Origin: Heterodontus francisci
Lineage: Eukaryota
Direction of reading: 5' to 3'
Assembly (NCBI RefSeq): GCF_036365525.1
Contig: NC_090399.1
Span: 59,118,430-59,182,429, forward strand
Length of the DNA: 64,000 nt
In this document: positions 63,571 to 64,000 of the stretch, in pieces
How positions within the stretch are numbered: the first letter of the stretch is position 1
How the letters are laid out: each line of letters starts with the position of its first letter
The notes under the pieces: model-generated
Databases searched by the model: none
The model's input: the letters and a program-made list of their open reading frames with translations, nothing else
Told to the model about the DNA's origin: nothing
Translations under genes and position numbers: made by a program

Positions 63571-63649
63571 AGAGAGACAGACACTGCATTAAGATTGTAC
63601 AGTAAGCACCAGTTATAAAGTTCCAGTTGAAGGCCATTGAAGGATCTGT

Positions 63650-64000
63650 TTTTTTTTAAATTCATTCATGAGGTGTGACAGTCACTGGCAAGGCCACAGC
63701 ATTTATTTCCCATCCCTTATTGCCCATGAGAAGGTAGTAATGAGCTGCCTTCTTGAACCGCTGCTGCCCGTGTGGTGTAGGTACACCCACAGTGCTGTTA
63801 GGGAGGGAAACCAGGATTTTGTCCCAGCGACAGTGAAAGAACAGTGATATACTTTCAAGTCGCATGATGTGTGACTTGGAGGAGAATTTACAGGTGATGG
63901 TGTTCCCATATGTCTGCTGTCCTTGTCCTTGTAGGTGGTAAAGGTTGAGGATTTGGAGAATGCTGTTGAAGGAGGCTTGGTAAGTTGTTGCAATGGATCT
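63650..64000 (-). mobile_element. Family B LINE 3' end, running off the window
   Basis: (T)n-ttcattcatg tail; matches 30680-31020. Confidence 0.85.

Overview
Eukaryotic, repeat-dominated window that looks like cartilaginous fish (shark) genomic DNA; the taxon is inferred from the repeat families and the receptor type. Host genes: one intact two-exon GPR139/GPR142-like class A GPCR (join 10193..10262,12391..13304, 327 aa) and a tandem paralogous pseudogene (1129..2556) carrying a frameshift, a lost TM3 cysteine and a CR1 insertion. Most of the rest is deeply nested transposons: CR1, a second APE-RT LINE family ('family B'), RTE, L1/Tx1, V-SINEs, hAT and Harbinger-like MITEs, and a decayed GalEa-like Copia LTR element (52665..63570) with at least 8 insertions. 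Tandem repeats are 39-bp and GA-rich minisatellites and a ~16.7-kb 54-bp satellite with higher-order structure. Most notable non-coding signal: two tiny TSD-flanked insertions (50616..50754 on -, 55997..56091 on +) that each carry a complete minimal hammerhead ribozyme core of the Penelope-associated type. Element boundaries without a stated TSD are approximate. The long ORFs over 31.7-50.2 kb and 15.5-17.2 kb are repeat artefacts.
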